NCBI GenBank assembly: GCA_963517295.1
Contig: CAUQFM010000002.1
Location: 1,735-65,734 of the forward strand
Length of the DNA stretch: 64,000 bases
Origin: an uncultured Vagococcus sp.
GTDB lineage: Bacteria > Bacillota > Bacilli > Lactobacillales > Vagococcaceae
Direction of reading: 5' to 3'
Of the stretch, positions 48,667 to 57,716 are shown piece by piece. The notes under the pieces were generated by a model. It worked only from the letters and a program-made list of their open reading frames with translations, was not told the origin of the DNA and made no database searches. Position 1 is the stretch's first letter, and each line of letters starts with the position of its first letter. Both the position numbers and the translations under genes were made by a program.

Positions 48667-50055
48667 ATGACTGCTTGTTTGCTCATTGATTTTGGAAGTA
48701 CGTATACAAAATTAACCGCTGTCGATTTAACTCAAGAACTTATTTTAGGAACCTCTAAATCGAAAACAACAATTGAAACATCTATTATGGATGGTTTTTA
48801 TACAGCAAAAAAAGAACTACTTGAACAGATAAATCAACCTAATATAGAATTTAAACATCATTTTGCTTGTTCATCTGCTCGTGGGGGATTTAGAATGATT
48901 GCCATTGGTCTTTCTCCAACACTAACAACCGAAGCAGCCAAACGAGCAGCTCTTGGTGCTGGCACTCGTATTTTAAAAGTTTATAGCTATGGGTTGAAAA
49001 AAGAAGATATTAAAGAAATTGAGGAACTTGAGCCTGATATTATTTTAGTTTGTGGTGGTACAAATGGCGGGAACACTGCTGGTATTATCCGCGACATTAC
49101 ACTACTCACAACATTAAATCAGCCATTTCCTCTCGTTGTGGCTGGAAATGAAGAAGCATATCCTACAATCGAAAAATTATTAGTTAATACAAATCTACCT
49201 TACTATCTAACTGAGAACGTTATGCCGCAAATAAATGTCTTAAATGATCAACCGACTAGAGAAATTTTACGTGATATTTTTATGAAAAAAATAGTAGAAG
49301 CTAAAGGAATGGATACAGCGGAAAAAGAAATTGGAAATATCTTGATGCCTACACCAACAGCTGTTCTTCATGCTGCTGAACTATTAGCCAACGGAACTAC
49401 AACAGAGAGTGGTCTTGATAATGTATTAGTCATTGATATTGGTGGTGCCACAACCGATTTACATTCTGTTGGTGATGGTAAACCTAGTGATTTAGAAATA
49501 CGAATGGAAGGTTTACAAGAACCAACTTCTAAAAGAACAGTAGAGGGGGATCTTGGTATGAGATATTCCGCGCTTAGTTTATTGGAATCAGTTAAAAAGA
49601 AAGGCTTTGACCGCTATCTACCTAATCTAAAAGAAGATGATATTTACCAAGCATGCGCTTTTCGTTCCACTCATCCAGATATGGTTGCTGAGACTACTGA
49701 AGAAATCAATTTCGATGAAGCGATGGGCAAAATTGCTATCGAAACAGCGTTCAATCGACATGCTGGTAGTTATCGTAGAGAACCAACTCCATCACGAGTA
49801 TTACTTTATCAAACAGGTAAAGATTTGGGGGGATTTGATTTTGTCATTGGCACTGGGGGGATTTTAATTCATAGTGAACACTCTGAAGAGATGATGACTG
49901 CTTGCTTACGTGTAGAAAAAGATCCCTATTTAAAACCTACCACACCTAATTTTTATTTAGATCAATCTTATATTTTATCAGCTATGGGACTTCTTTCTGA
50001 TGAATTTCCAGATATTTCCTTAAGGATTTTAAAAAAATACCTAGTTAGACTCTGA
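48667..50055 (+). CDS. GlmL/MutL-like ASKHA-fold ATPase (glutamate-mutase accessory protein family), orphan
   Basis: 462 aa. Phosphate-1 LLIDFGSTYTK, phosphate-2 VIDIGGATTDLHS, adenosine motif VIGTGGIL. AAGGA SD. No mutase subunits are present in the window. Confidence 0.65.
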   Translation: MTACLLIDFGSTYTKLTAVDLTQELILGTSKSKTTIETSIMDGFYTAKKELLEQINQPNIEFKHHFACSSARGGFRMIAIGLSPTLTTEAAKRAALGAGTRILKVYSYGLKKEDIKEIEELEPDIILVCGGTNGGNTAGIIRDITLLTTLNQPFPLVVAGNEEAYPTIEKLLVNTNLPYYLTENVMPQINVLNDQPTREILRDIFMKKIVEAKGMDTAEKEIGNILMPTPTAVLHAAELLANGTTTESGLDNVLVIDIGGATTDLHSVGDGKPSDLEIRMEGLQEPTSKRTVEGDLGMRYSALSLLESVKKKGFDRYLPNLKEDDIYQACAFRSTHPDMVAETTEEINFDEAMGKIAIETAFNRHAGSYRREPTPSRVLLYQTGKDLGGFDFVIGTGGILIHSEHSEEMMTACLRVEKDPYLKPTTPNFYLDQSYILSAMGLLSDEFPDISLRILKKYLVRL

Positions 50056-50059
50056 AAAA

Positions 50060-50119
50060 CTAACAGGGTGGATCAAAATCATTTGACGTAGAGCCAATAA
50101 TTTTTGTCCACCTAGTTAG
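50060..50119. terminator. Long hairpin between the convergent GlmL-like and LacI genes
   Basis: 19-nt arms CTAACAGGGTGGATCAAAA / TTTTTGTCCACCTAGTTAG with a 22-nt loop. Related to the hairpin at 52629-52679. Confidence 0.55.
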
Positions 50120-50120
50120 T

Positions 50121-51104
50121 CTATTTTTTTAATGTTGCAATTGTTTTTCGTTTCATAATTTTTGTTGTTAGTTTTTCTTCAGCTATATTTTCCTCATTCA
50201 GTTGATTATATAAGTAGATAAATGAATTATATGCTTGTTTTTCAATCGAGTAATCAACCGTTGTGATGTGCATCAAGTCACTAATTTCACTGTTGTCAAA
50301 TCCCAAAACACCTATGTCGATTGGTGACTTAAATCCCTTACCTTCAATTTGTGATATAAATTGTGCTGCAACATAATCAGAATAAAAAGCCAACACTTCT
50401 GGTTTATTAATGCTCTGTTCCCATTTCAACCCAATCAATTTCCCATCATCATATAAAGAAGATTCTTGAATCAACCACTCATTATCTAATCGTAAACCTT
50501 TACTTTGATGAAATTCATTCAGCGCTTTTAACCTAGCTTTAGTATTCAAATTTTGTGAATTACCTAGTACGTGACCAAACCGACGATAACCTTGATTATA
50601 CAAATAATTCAGCGCTTTTAAATAGCCTTCATAATGATCAAAATAAGAAGAATAAATCCACTCCTCCTCAATTCTATTCCAAGTTGATATTGGACCATAT
50701 TGGCTAAATTTTTTTATAACTTCCCATTCGTTAGTTCTTGTCAGAATAAAAATTCCATCAATTTGCTTAAATTTCATTTGATTTAATGCTTCAATTTCTT
50801 TTTGTTTATCACCACTTGTTAAATAGAGATTGACGAAATAGCCATAATTTTTAGCAGTTTCCATAAAAATTTGTAAAAACTTCCCCATTGTATTCATATA
50901 ACTAGGTGCTATAAAACCAATTGTTTTGGTAACTCCTGATTGAAATTGCCTAGCTAAAATATTAGGAATATAGCCAATTTCTTCCATTGCCGCTAAAACT
51001 TTTTCACGACTTTCTCCACTAACGTAACCATTATTTGTTAACACTCTTGAAACCGTTGATTTTGATACGCCTGCAGCTTTTGCAACATCAATAATTGTTG
51101 GCAT
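50121..51104 (-). CDS. LacI-family transcriptional regulator
   Basis: HTH IIDVAKAAGVSKSTVSRVLTN plus a sugar-binding fold. ATG 51104 is preferred over ORF-track 51158. Confidence 0.85.
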   Translation of the reverse strand: MPTIIDVAKAAGVSKSTVSRVLTNNGYVSGESREKVLAAMEEIGYIPNILARQFQSGVTKTIGFIAPSYMNTMGKFLQIFMETAKNYGYFVNLYLTSGDKQKEIEALNQMKFKQIDGIFILTRTNEWEVIKKFSQYGPISTWNRIEEEWIYSSYFDHYEGYLKALNYLYNQGYRRFGHVLGNSQNLNTKARLKALNEFHQSKGLRLDNEWLIQESSLYDDGKLIGLKWEQSINKPEVLAFYSDYVAAQFISQIEGKGFKSPIDIGVLGFDNSEISDLMHITTVDYSIEKQAYNSFIYLYNQLNEENIAEEKLTTKIMKRKTIATLKK

Positions 51105-51151
51105 TTTTATCGATCCTTTATTTTTTATTTTAATTTTATCACAAAAATCAC

Positions 51152-51171
51152 TTGACATGGGAACATTCCCA
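51152..51171 (+). promoter_or_regulatory. celF promoter -35 (TTGACA) and overlapping LacI-type operator TGGGAACATTCCCA
   Basis: Perfect 6+6 inverted repeat TGGGAA-CA-TTCCCA at 51158-51171, immediately after TTGACA (51152-51157). Lies in the 120-bp divergent region between the LacI gene and celF. Confidence 0.6.
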
Positions 51172-51224
51172 CATTGTACTCTAGTTTTGTAAGCGAATTA
51201 TTTATTAATTTTAGGAGGAAAAAC

Positions 51225-52619
51225 ATGAGTAGAGATGCTTTGAAAATCGTAACTATTGGTGGCGGTTCAAGTTATACACCAGAATTAATTGAAGGATATA
51301 TTAAAAGACAGGATCAATTACCAATTAAAGAAATTTGGTTAGTTGACATTGAAGAAGGAAAAGAAAAATTAGAAATTGTTGGCGAAATGGCTAAAAGAAT
51401 GATTAAAGCTGCTGGTCTTGATTGGCGGGTTCACTTAACATTAGATCGCCGGAAAGCTTTAAAAGACGCTGATTTTGTATCAACTCAATTTAGAGTAGGT
51501 CTTTTAGAAGCACGGGTTAAAGATGAAAGAATTCCATTATCTCACGGTGTACTAGGACAAGAAACAAATGGTGCTGGTGGTATATTTAAAGCACTACGTA
51601 CAATTCCTATCATTCTAAGTATCATTGAGGACATGAAAGAACTTTGTCCTGATGCTTGGTTAGTTAACTTCACAAACCCTGCCGGAATGGTAACAGAAGC
51701 TGCCATCAAGCATGGTGGTTGGACAAAAACTGCTGGTCTTTGCAATGTGCCTATCGGACATAGAAAGCAAGCTGCTGAAAAATTAAATATGCCTGAAGAA
51801 GATTTATTCTTCAAGTTCGCCGGGATTAACCACTTCCATTGGCACCGTGTTTGGGATAAAGCGGGTAATGAACGCACTGACGAATTAATTGATTTAATTT
51901 ACGGTCCACAAAATGAGCAAGAAAGTCATCTTAAAAATATTTGGGATGCCCCTTTCCACTATGAACAACTAAAAGATTTAGGTTTATTACCATGTGGCTA
52001 TCACCGTTATTACTACATTGAAGATGAAATGCTACAACATTCCGTTGAAGAATTCAAACGTGGTGAAACTCGTGCACAAGTTGTTAAAGAAACAGAATCT
52101 AAATTATTCGAACTTTACAAAGATCCTACTCTTGATTATAAACCTAAAGAATTAGAACAACGTGGTGGCACTCATTACAGCGATGCTGCTTGTGAGTTGA
52201 TTGCTTCAATCTTTAATGATAAGAGAACTGATATGGTTGTATCTACTCAAAATAATGGAACAATCACTGATCTACCTTATGATTGTATTGTCGAAGTATC
52301 TGGACCTGTTACATCACATGGTCACGAACCATATAATTGGGGAAGCTTTCCGCCTGCTGCTCGTGGTATTATTCAAAATATGAAAGGCATGGAAGAAGCA
52401 GTTATTAAAGCAGCTATTACAGGTAGTTACGGGGCTGCGCTACATGCGTTTACTGTAAACCCATTAATTCCTGGTGGAACAATTGCTAAAACTATTCTCG
52501 ATGAATTGTTAATTGCTCATAAGGAACATTTACCACAATTCAAAGAAAGTATTGAAAAAATAGAAAAAAATCAACTTGATACAGTAGCTTACGTCACCGA
52601 ATTAATGAAATCAAATTAA
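51225..52619 (+). CDS. celF: GH4 6-phospho-beta-glucosidase (CelF/ChbF/LicH type)
   Basis: KIVTIGGGSSYTPELIEGYIKR, ERIPLSHGVLGQETNGAGG and NFTNPAGMVTEA closely follow the CelF pattern. ATG 51225 lies 6 nt after AGGAGG. Confidence 0.85.
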   Translation: MSRDALKIVTIGGGSSYTPELIEGYIKRQDQLPIKEIWLVDIEEGKEKLEIVGEMAKRMIKAAGLDWRVHLTLDRRKALKDADFVSTQFRVGLLEARVKDERIPLSHGVLGQETNGAGGIFKALRTIPIILSIIEDMKELCPDAWLVNFTNPAGMVTEAAIKHGGWTKTAGLCNVPIGHRKQAAEKLNMPEEDLFFKFAGINHFHWHRVWDKAGNERTDELIDLIYGPQNEQESHLKNIWDAPFHYEQLKDLGLLPCGYHRYYYIEDEMLQHSVEEFKRGETRAQVVKETESKLFELYKDPTLDYKPKELEQRGGTHYSDAACELIASIFNDKRTDMVVSTQNNGTITDLPYDCIVEVSGPVTSHGHEPYNWGSFPPAARGIIQNMKGMEEAVIKAAITGSYGAALHAFTVNPLIPGGTIAKTILDELLIAHKEHLPQFKESIEKIEKNQLDTVAYVTELMKSN

Positions 52620-52628
52620 AATATAAAC

Positions 52629-52679
52629 GAGTGGATCAAACGTTGCTTTATTCAAAGTAAAACAACTTTTGACCCACTC
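52629..52679. terminator. Long hairpin between the convergent celF and APC permease genes
   Basis: 22-nt arms GAGTGGATCAAACGTTGCTTTA / TAAAACAACTTTTGACCCACTC (3 mismatches) with a 7-nt loop. Confidence 0.6.
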
Positions 52680-52695
52680 TATTCTTTTTATATTG

Positions 52696-54012
52696 TTACG
52701 TTGATTTTTTATTTTGAATTAAATAAATTGGTATGCCAAGTAATGTGATACCAATACCAATTACTGCTAAGTGAAATTGGCTGATTAAAGTCACGACCAA
52801 AATAAAAATACCACCAATAATAGCCACTAAAGGGATCACCGGATATAAAGGAACTTTATAGGGGCGTTTAAGCTCTGGTTCTCTTTTTCTTAAGATAAAG
52901 ACGGCAAAGAAAATCATCACACTAAAAATCCAAATAACAAAAACAAGCATATCAGTTAGAAGGTCAAATGTTCCAAAAAACATCATAATAATCGCAATTC
53001 CCACTTGAAATAAAGCCGCAACATACGGTATTTTGGTTTTTTTAGATATTTTTTTTAACCACTTACTCCCTAATAATAATTCTTCCTCTGCTAAAGCATA
53101 AGGAACACGAATTCCAGTCATTGTGTAACCGTTCAAAGCCCCATAAACAGATAACAAGATACCAATTGTCACTAATTTCCCACCAAATGCTCCAAATAAT
53201 ACATTAGCAACATCTGACGCTGCGTTTACATTGCCTCTGATTGATTCGAAAGGTAATGTTTTCAAGAAGACAAAGTTAATGACAACATACACACACATAA
53301 TAAAGAATAAACCTGAAAAAATTGCTTTCGGTAAATCTTTTTCTGGATTTTTCATTTCTCCAGCAACAGCACCCACACCTAGCCAACCGTCATAAGCAAA
53401 TAAAGTCGCAAATAAAGCCCCACTAAATTGTCCCATAAAGCTTTGGTTTCCTGTTGCGTGAGGAATAAGTGAAACCGTTTCTCCTCCACCTCTAAATAAA
53501 CCTACAACAATAATCAATAATATTGGAATTAATTTTAAAATAAGCGAAGCTGACTGAAATCTAGAAGCTACTTTTGTTCCTAATAAGTTAATACAAGTTA
53601 CAGAAAATCCAACAATAATGGCAATCGGAATTAAGTATTTTACCTCTAATTGAAATAAATTAATTAATTGCGTACTAAAAATAATCGATAAAGCGGCAAT
53701 ATTAGCTGGAAAATAAATAATCATCTGCGCCCAGCCTAATAAAAATCCCCAAATTTTTCCATACGTGTATTCTATGTACTTAACAGCTCCACCAGTTTTA
53801 GGAATTGCGGTAGCTAGTTCCGCACTTGTTAAACCAGCACACAATGTCAGTATTCCACCTAAAGCCCATGCCAAGAGTGTAATGCTTGGTGATCCTGCTG
53901 CTTTCGTTACTGTTGCAACTTTAAAAAATACACCCGCTCCAATCACTGTTCCCATAACCGTTGAAAAAGCCCCTAGTAAAGATATCTCTTTTTTTAACTT
54001 TTCTTCACCCAT
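52696..54012 (-). CDS. APC-superfamily amino acid permease (LAT/SteT-like)
   Basis: Twelve TM helices; GTVIGAGVFF and AELATAIPKTGG. ATG 54012 lies after GGAGGAG. Confidence 0.8.
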   Translation of the reverse strand: MGEEKLKKEISLLGAFSTVMGTVIGAGVFFKVATVTKAAGSPSITLLAWALGGILTLCAGLTSAELATAIPKTGGAVKYIEYTYGKIWGFLLGWAQMIIYFPANIAALSIIFSTQLINLFQLEVKYLIPIAIIVGFSVTCINLLGTKVASRFQSASLILKLIPILLIIVVGLFRGGGETVSLIPHATGNQSFMGQFSGALFATLFAYDGWLGVGAVAGEMKNPEKDLPKAIFSGLFFIMCVYVVINFVFLKTLPFESIRGNVNAASDVANVLFGAFGGKLVTIGILLSVYGALNGYTMTGIRVPYALAEEELLLGSKWLKKISKKTKIPYVAALFQVGIAIIMMFFGTFDLLTDMLVFVIWIFSVMIFFAVFILRKREPELKRPYKVPLYPVIPLVAIIGGIFILVVTLISQFHLAVIGIGITLLGIPIYLIQNKKST

Positions 54013-54081
54013 TTTAATTCTCCTCCTAAACCTTTTGATCATACATTCACATGGATTACTTGTTTATTTTTAAATAATAGT

Positions 54082-54113
54082 ACTAAGACGAAGAGCATGC
54101 TCTTCGCCTTAGT
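54082..54113 (-). terminator. Intrinsic terminator after treR
   Basis: 15-bp stem ACTAAGGCGAAGAGC (1 mismatch) with a 2-nt loop. The downstream T-tract is weak. Confidence 0.55.
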
Positions 54114-54125
54114 CTTTATATTTAA

Positions 54126-54839
54126 TTAAGTTTTTCTTCTTCTGGCAAATTCAACAAAGCGAAATTTATCTAATCGATGGAGTGACTCTGTGTACTCAAA
54201 ACATCTTGTATCTTCTAAGTAGACCAAACTTTTAACAGCAACCACATGTTGATCACCATGTAAATCCATTAAGTCTCTAATTTCTTTCGTAACTGGCTCT
54301 ACTGATATTTCTTTTTGTGCATAAGCAATTTTTAATTCTAATTCTTCTTCAAAATATTTAAAAATTGACTCTTCTGCTTTTTCTTTTGGCAATTCTTCAA
54401 TGATTTCACTTGATAAGTAATCTTTATCTAAAATTACTACTTCACCATCAATTTTTCTTTGTCTGACTAATTTCCAAATTTCAGACGCAACTGGCCATTC
54501 TGTCAACTTACTTAATTCTTTAGTTGTGGCAATTTTTTTTAATTCAACAACAATCGTTTCACTAGGGATTCGTTGATTTTCTTGCAGTTCCTTATAACTT
54601 GTCAAACCTGATATTGGAAAATCAAAACGGTTCATATCTAAAACAATCGAGCCTTTGCCCTGTTTTTTATGGATATAACCTGCATTAGTTAATAAATTCA
54701 AGGCTTTTCTAATCGTTTCTCTTGAAACACCATACATTTTTATTAACTGATTCTCACTAGGCAATAAAGTATGAGGTGGATAGTCATTGTTCAATATCTT
54801 TTCTTCTAAATCTAGAAAAATTTCTTTAAATTTGTTCAT
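54126..54839 (-). CDS. treR: GntR/HutC-family trehalose operon repressor
   Basis: LPSENQLIKMYGVSRETIRKALNLL wHTH plus a UTRA-like C-terminus. Adjacent to trehalose genes. Confidence 0.85.
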   Translation of the reverse strand: MNKFKEIFLDLEEKILNNDYPPHTLLPSENQLIKMYGVSRETIRKALNLLTNAGYIHKKQGKGSIVLDMNRFDFPISGLTSYKELQENQRIPSETIVVELKKIATTKELSKLTEWPVASEIWKLVRQRKIDGEVVILDKDYLSSEIIEELPKEKAEESIFKYFEEELELKIAYAQKEISVEPVTKEIRDLMDLHGDQHVVAVKSLVYLEDTRCFEYTESLHRLDKFRFVEFARRRKT

Positions 54840-54860
54840 ACAGTCTCTCCTCTACCACTC

Positions 54861-54889
54861 ATTATAAAGGCGAGCTTCATTATATGCAA
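54861..54889 (-). promoter_or_regulatory. Candidate sigmaA promoter of treR
   Basis: Minus-strand TTGCAT (54889-54884), 17 nt, TATAAT (54866-54861). Confidence 0.55.
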
Positions 54890-54904
54890 TCTGAAAACAA
54901 TAAA

Positions 54905-57496
54905 TTAATATGAAATCACATTATTTTCTTTCGATTTTAAAGACACAAGATTTGAACCTACCATAACTGTACAATCTTCATTAACATAAATAACCATTGT
55001 GTTTTTAGTAATTGTTACTTTAAAACTAATTAATCGCTTGCTAAATGTGAAACTTAATTCTGACCATTGTTCTGGTAAATGAGGATTAAATTTGATGACT
55101 TCTTCTCTGATATCAAGTCCTGCAAAAGCTGATAGAGTAATGTGCAATGTGGATGCCATCACTCCCGTATGGATTCCCTCAGCTGTTGTTCCACCTTGAA
55201 TATCTCGGTAATCAGAATAAAGTGCTTCTTGATATAATTTCCAAGCTAAGTCACGATCATCAACCATTTCAGCTAATTGAGAATGCACTACTCTTGATAA
55301 AGTAGAACCATGAGATGTTCTATTTAAATAATATAATAAGTTTTTTTCTACGTAATTTTCTGGTAGTTTGTAATCTAGCATCGTTAATAATTCTGTGACT
55401 TTTTCTTTTGGAAAATTATAAAAAATCATTAAACTATCCGCTTGTTTAGCAACTTTGTAATCATCAGGGGATTTTCCTTCAGCGTTTAAAATTCGATCCA
55501 TTCGGTAAACATTACCATATTTATTTTGATAAAAATCCCAGTCAATTTCTTTTAAATCAAAGTAACCATCAAACTGGGCAATTACACCCTCTTTGTTAAT
55601 ATCTAGTTTTAATTTCTTTTGAATATCAGTAATTTTTTCGAAATCAAGTTCTATAGGAACCGTGCTTTCTTCTTTTAAACTTGGCATAATACCTAATAAC
55701 CAAGTCACCATTAGATTAGTATAGGCATTGTTATCTAAACCGCCCTCTTCTCTATTTGAATAAGCCTCATGAAATTCGTCTGGTCCCATAACACCTTTAA
55801 TTGAGTAACGGTCTTCTTTTGCATTATAGGTTGTTAATGATAACCAAAATTTAGTTATTTCGGATAACATTTCTGCTCCATAATTATTCAAAAAGTCATG
55901 ATCTTTCGTATATTGATAGTATGACCAGACATTGTAAGCAATTGCTAATGAAACATGACGTTGTCTGCGGCTATGGTCTTCTTTCCATTCTCCACTCAAT
56001 GGATTAAGATGTAATTTTTGTGACTGTTCTCTTCCATCTAATCCTGATTGCCATGGATACATTGCCCCTAAATGTCCCTCTTCTTTTGCTAATTGTTTCG
56101 CCATCTCTAAACGATCATAACGATACATCAACAATTGTTTTGCTGTTTCTGGAAAATGAATGATATAAAATGGTAACATAAATAATTCATCCCAAAAAAT
56201 ATGACCACGGTAAGCTTCCCCATGTAATCCTCTAGCTGTAATTGAGGCATCCAACTCTTTATTTCCGTTTGGAGAAGCTGAACTCAACATATGATAAGTA
56301 TGTATATTTAACATTTTTTGTGACATTAAATCACCTGTTACCTTAATCGATGCTTCATCCCATAGTTTTACCCATTCTTTTTTTGATTCAGTCAATAAAT
56401 CATCATAGGTTAAAAAGACAATTGAATTTGTATCAATTACTTGTTCTTTATTAATATATACATTTTTTTCAACTTCATACCACTGATTTTCTTCTACGTT
56501 CATAGTTACTTTTTGCTGAATTTTTTTATCTAATAAATTATTTTCTAGATTTTCTAAATCAATAGTCTGACTTGCCAATTGACTTTCTTGATAGATTTCA
56601 ATATTCGACTGGTTTGTTTTAACCAATAAACTAGCCATAACACCATTTACCTCTTTATTTAAAACAGTTAAATGTTTATTAGTTAATTTACGATAACGTT
56701 CAACATTATAGTTGTATACATCACCATCTAACTCTGATATAAATTGGATGTCTTTATGTTCTTTATTTAATTTAAACGCATACTTTATACCATAGTGATT
56801 TCTTCGTGCCATACTTGCCATTTTTTTGACTTTAATAGAAAGAATAGCTCCATTTTTTAAAAGAATTTCAGTTCTGATTGTCAATTCACCCGTTTTCAAA
56901 TCCAAAGTACGCTCAATCAATTCTAGTTGGTTATCTTCGATAGTGATGATTTCACCATCAATAATTAGATACATTTTTTGAGCGTTAGGTAAATTAACAA
57001 AATCTTCATTTTCAATTGTTGCACCATCTACTATTGATTCAGCAGTATTATAAACACTTGCCATGTAAGTCGCTGGATAATTACTATCTGATATAGACAT
57101 CTCAGGACTTGTTCCTCTTAATCCTAAGTAACCATTTCCAACTGTTAATAGAGATTCGATTGAGTATTCTTGTTTTCCTTTAGGATAATCAAAATAGGTT
57201 AACTCAAAAGGATACTTATCTTTTTTAGCTTCTATTTCTTGAATCATATCTTTTGATTCATCGTAGTTAATAACTGGTATATTTAAATCTTCCGTTAATC
57301 TATAAAGCGTTTCTTTTAGTTGCGGTATATTTAAAGAATGATTGAAAAAGAGACCTCCATTTATACTTTCTTCTTTAATGACTTGTTTTATCTTTAATAG
57401 CTCTTCTTCATTTTTCAATTGTTCTAATAAAACTATATTTTCACTCTCATCACGATTAACACTTGGCTTTTGCTCATAAATTTTTAACATATTCAT
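54905..57496 (-). CDS. trePP: GH65 glycoside phosphorylase, probably trehalose-6-phosphate phosphorylase, with an N-terminal extension
   Basis: The GH65 core begins at SLLTVGNGYLGLRG (~residue 115). Catalytic region HIFWDELFM / GPDEF. Divergent from the trehalose PTS gene. GGGGTG SD 7 nt upstream of the ATG. Confidence 0.8.
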   Translation of the reverse strand: MNMLKIYEQKPSVNRDESENIVLLEQLKNEEELLKIKQVIKEESINGGLFFNHSLNIPQLKETLYRLTEDLNIPVINYDESKDMIQEIEAKKDKYPFELTYFDYPKGKQEYSIESLLTVGNGYLGLRGTSPEMSISDSNYPATYMASVYNTAESIVDGATIENEDFVNLPNAQKMYLIIDGEIITIEDNQLELIERTLDLKTGELTIRTEILLKNGAILSIKVKKMASMARRNHYGIKYAFKLNKEHKDIQFISELDGDVYNYNVERYRKLTNKHLTVLNKEVNGVMASLLVKTNQSNIEIYQESQLASQTIDLENLENNLLDKKIQQKVTMNVEENQWYEVEKNVYINKEQVIDTNSIVFLTYDDLLTESKKEWVKLWDEASIKVTGDLMSQKMLNIHTYHMLSSASPNGNKELDASITARGLHGEAYRGHIFWDELFMLPFYIIHFPETAKQLLMYRYDRLEMAKQLAKEEGHLGAMYPWQSGLDGREQSQKLHLNPLSGEWKEDHSRRQRHVSLAIAYNVWSYYQYTKDHDFLNNYGAEMLSEITKFWLSLTTYNAKEDRYSIKGVMGPDEFHEAYSNREEGGLDNNAYTNLMVTWLLGIMPSLKEESTVPIELDFEKITDIQKKLKLDINKEGVIAQFDGYFDLKEIDWDFYQNKYGNVYRMDRILNAEGKSPDDYKVAKQADSLMIFYNFPKEKVTELLTMLDYKLPENYVEKNLLYYLNRTSHGSTLSRVVHSQLAEMVDDRDLAWKLYQEALYSDYRDIQGGTTAEGIHTGVMASTLHITLSAFAGLDIREEVIKFNPHLPEQWSELSFTFSKRLISFKVTITKNTMVIYVNEDCTVMVGSNLVSLKSKENNVISY

Positions 57497-57511
57497 AAAT
57501 ACACCCCTTAT

Positions 57512-57525
57512 ACTTGTATATACAT
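57512..57525. promoter_or_regulatory. TreR-type operator 1 (ACTTGTATATACAT; palindromic core TGTATATACA)
   Basis: Perfect 10-nt palindrome between the trePP promoter and its SD. Resembles the second site at 57699-57716. Confidence 0.55.
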
Positions 57526-57535
57526 TTATTATTTT

Positions 57536-57564
57536 ATAATAGCAAAGATAATCATATTTATCAA
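57536..57564 (-). promoter_or_regulatory. Candidate sigmaA promoter of trePP
   Basis: Minus-strand TTGATA (57564-57559), 17 nt, TATTAT (57541-57536). Confidence 0.5.
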
Positions 57565-57646
57565 TTTAAAAGTATAATTTTAAAATAACACCTTTTATGA
57601 AAGCTTATAAAATAAAGCTTTATCCATTAAAAAAAATATTTTTACA

Positions 57647-57660
57647 TAAAAACGCTTGCA
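57647..57660. promoter_or_regulatory. cre-like site overlapping the treB -35
   Basis: TAAAAACGCTTGCA compared with TGWAANCGNTNWCA: 12 of 14 match. Confidence 0.35.
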
Positions 57661-57684
57661 AAAAATGAACAAACTCGTTATGAT
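57656..57684 (+). promoter_or_regulatory. Candidate sigmaA promoter of treB
   Basis: TTGCAA (57656-57661), 17 nt, TATGAT (57679-57684). Confidence 0.55.
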
Positions 57685-57698
57685 TAATTTGTAAAAAC

Positions 57699-57716
57699 AA
57701 CTTGGATAGACAAGTT
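57699..57716. promoter_or_regulatory. TreR-type operator 2 (AACTTGGATAGACAAGTT)
   Basis: Perfect 6-bp arms AACTTG / CAAGTT around GATAGA. Located ~+8 to +25 of the treB promoter. Confidence 0.55.
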
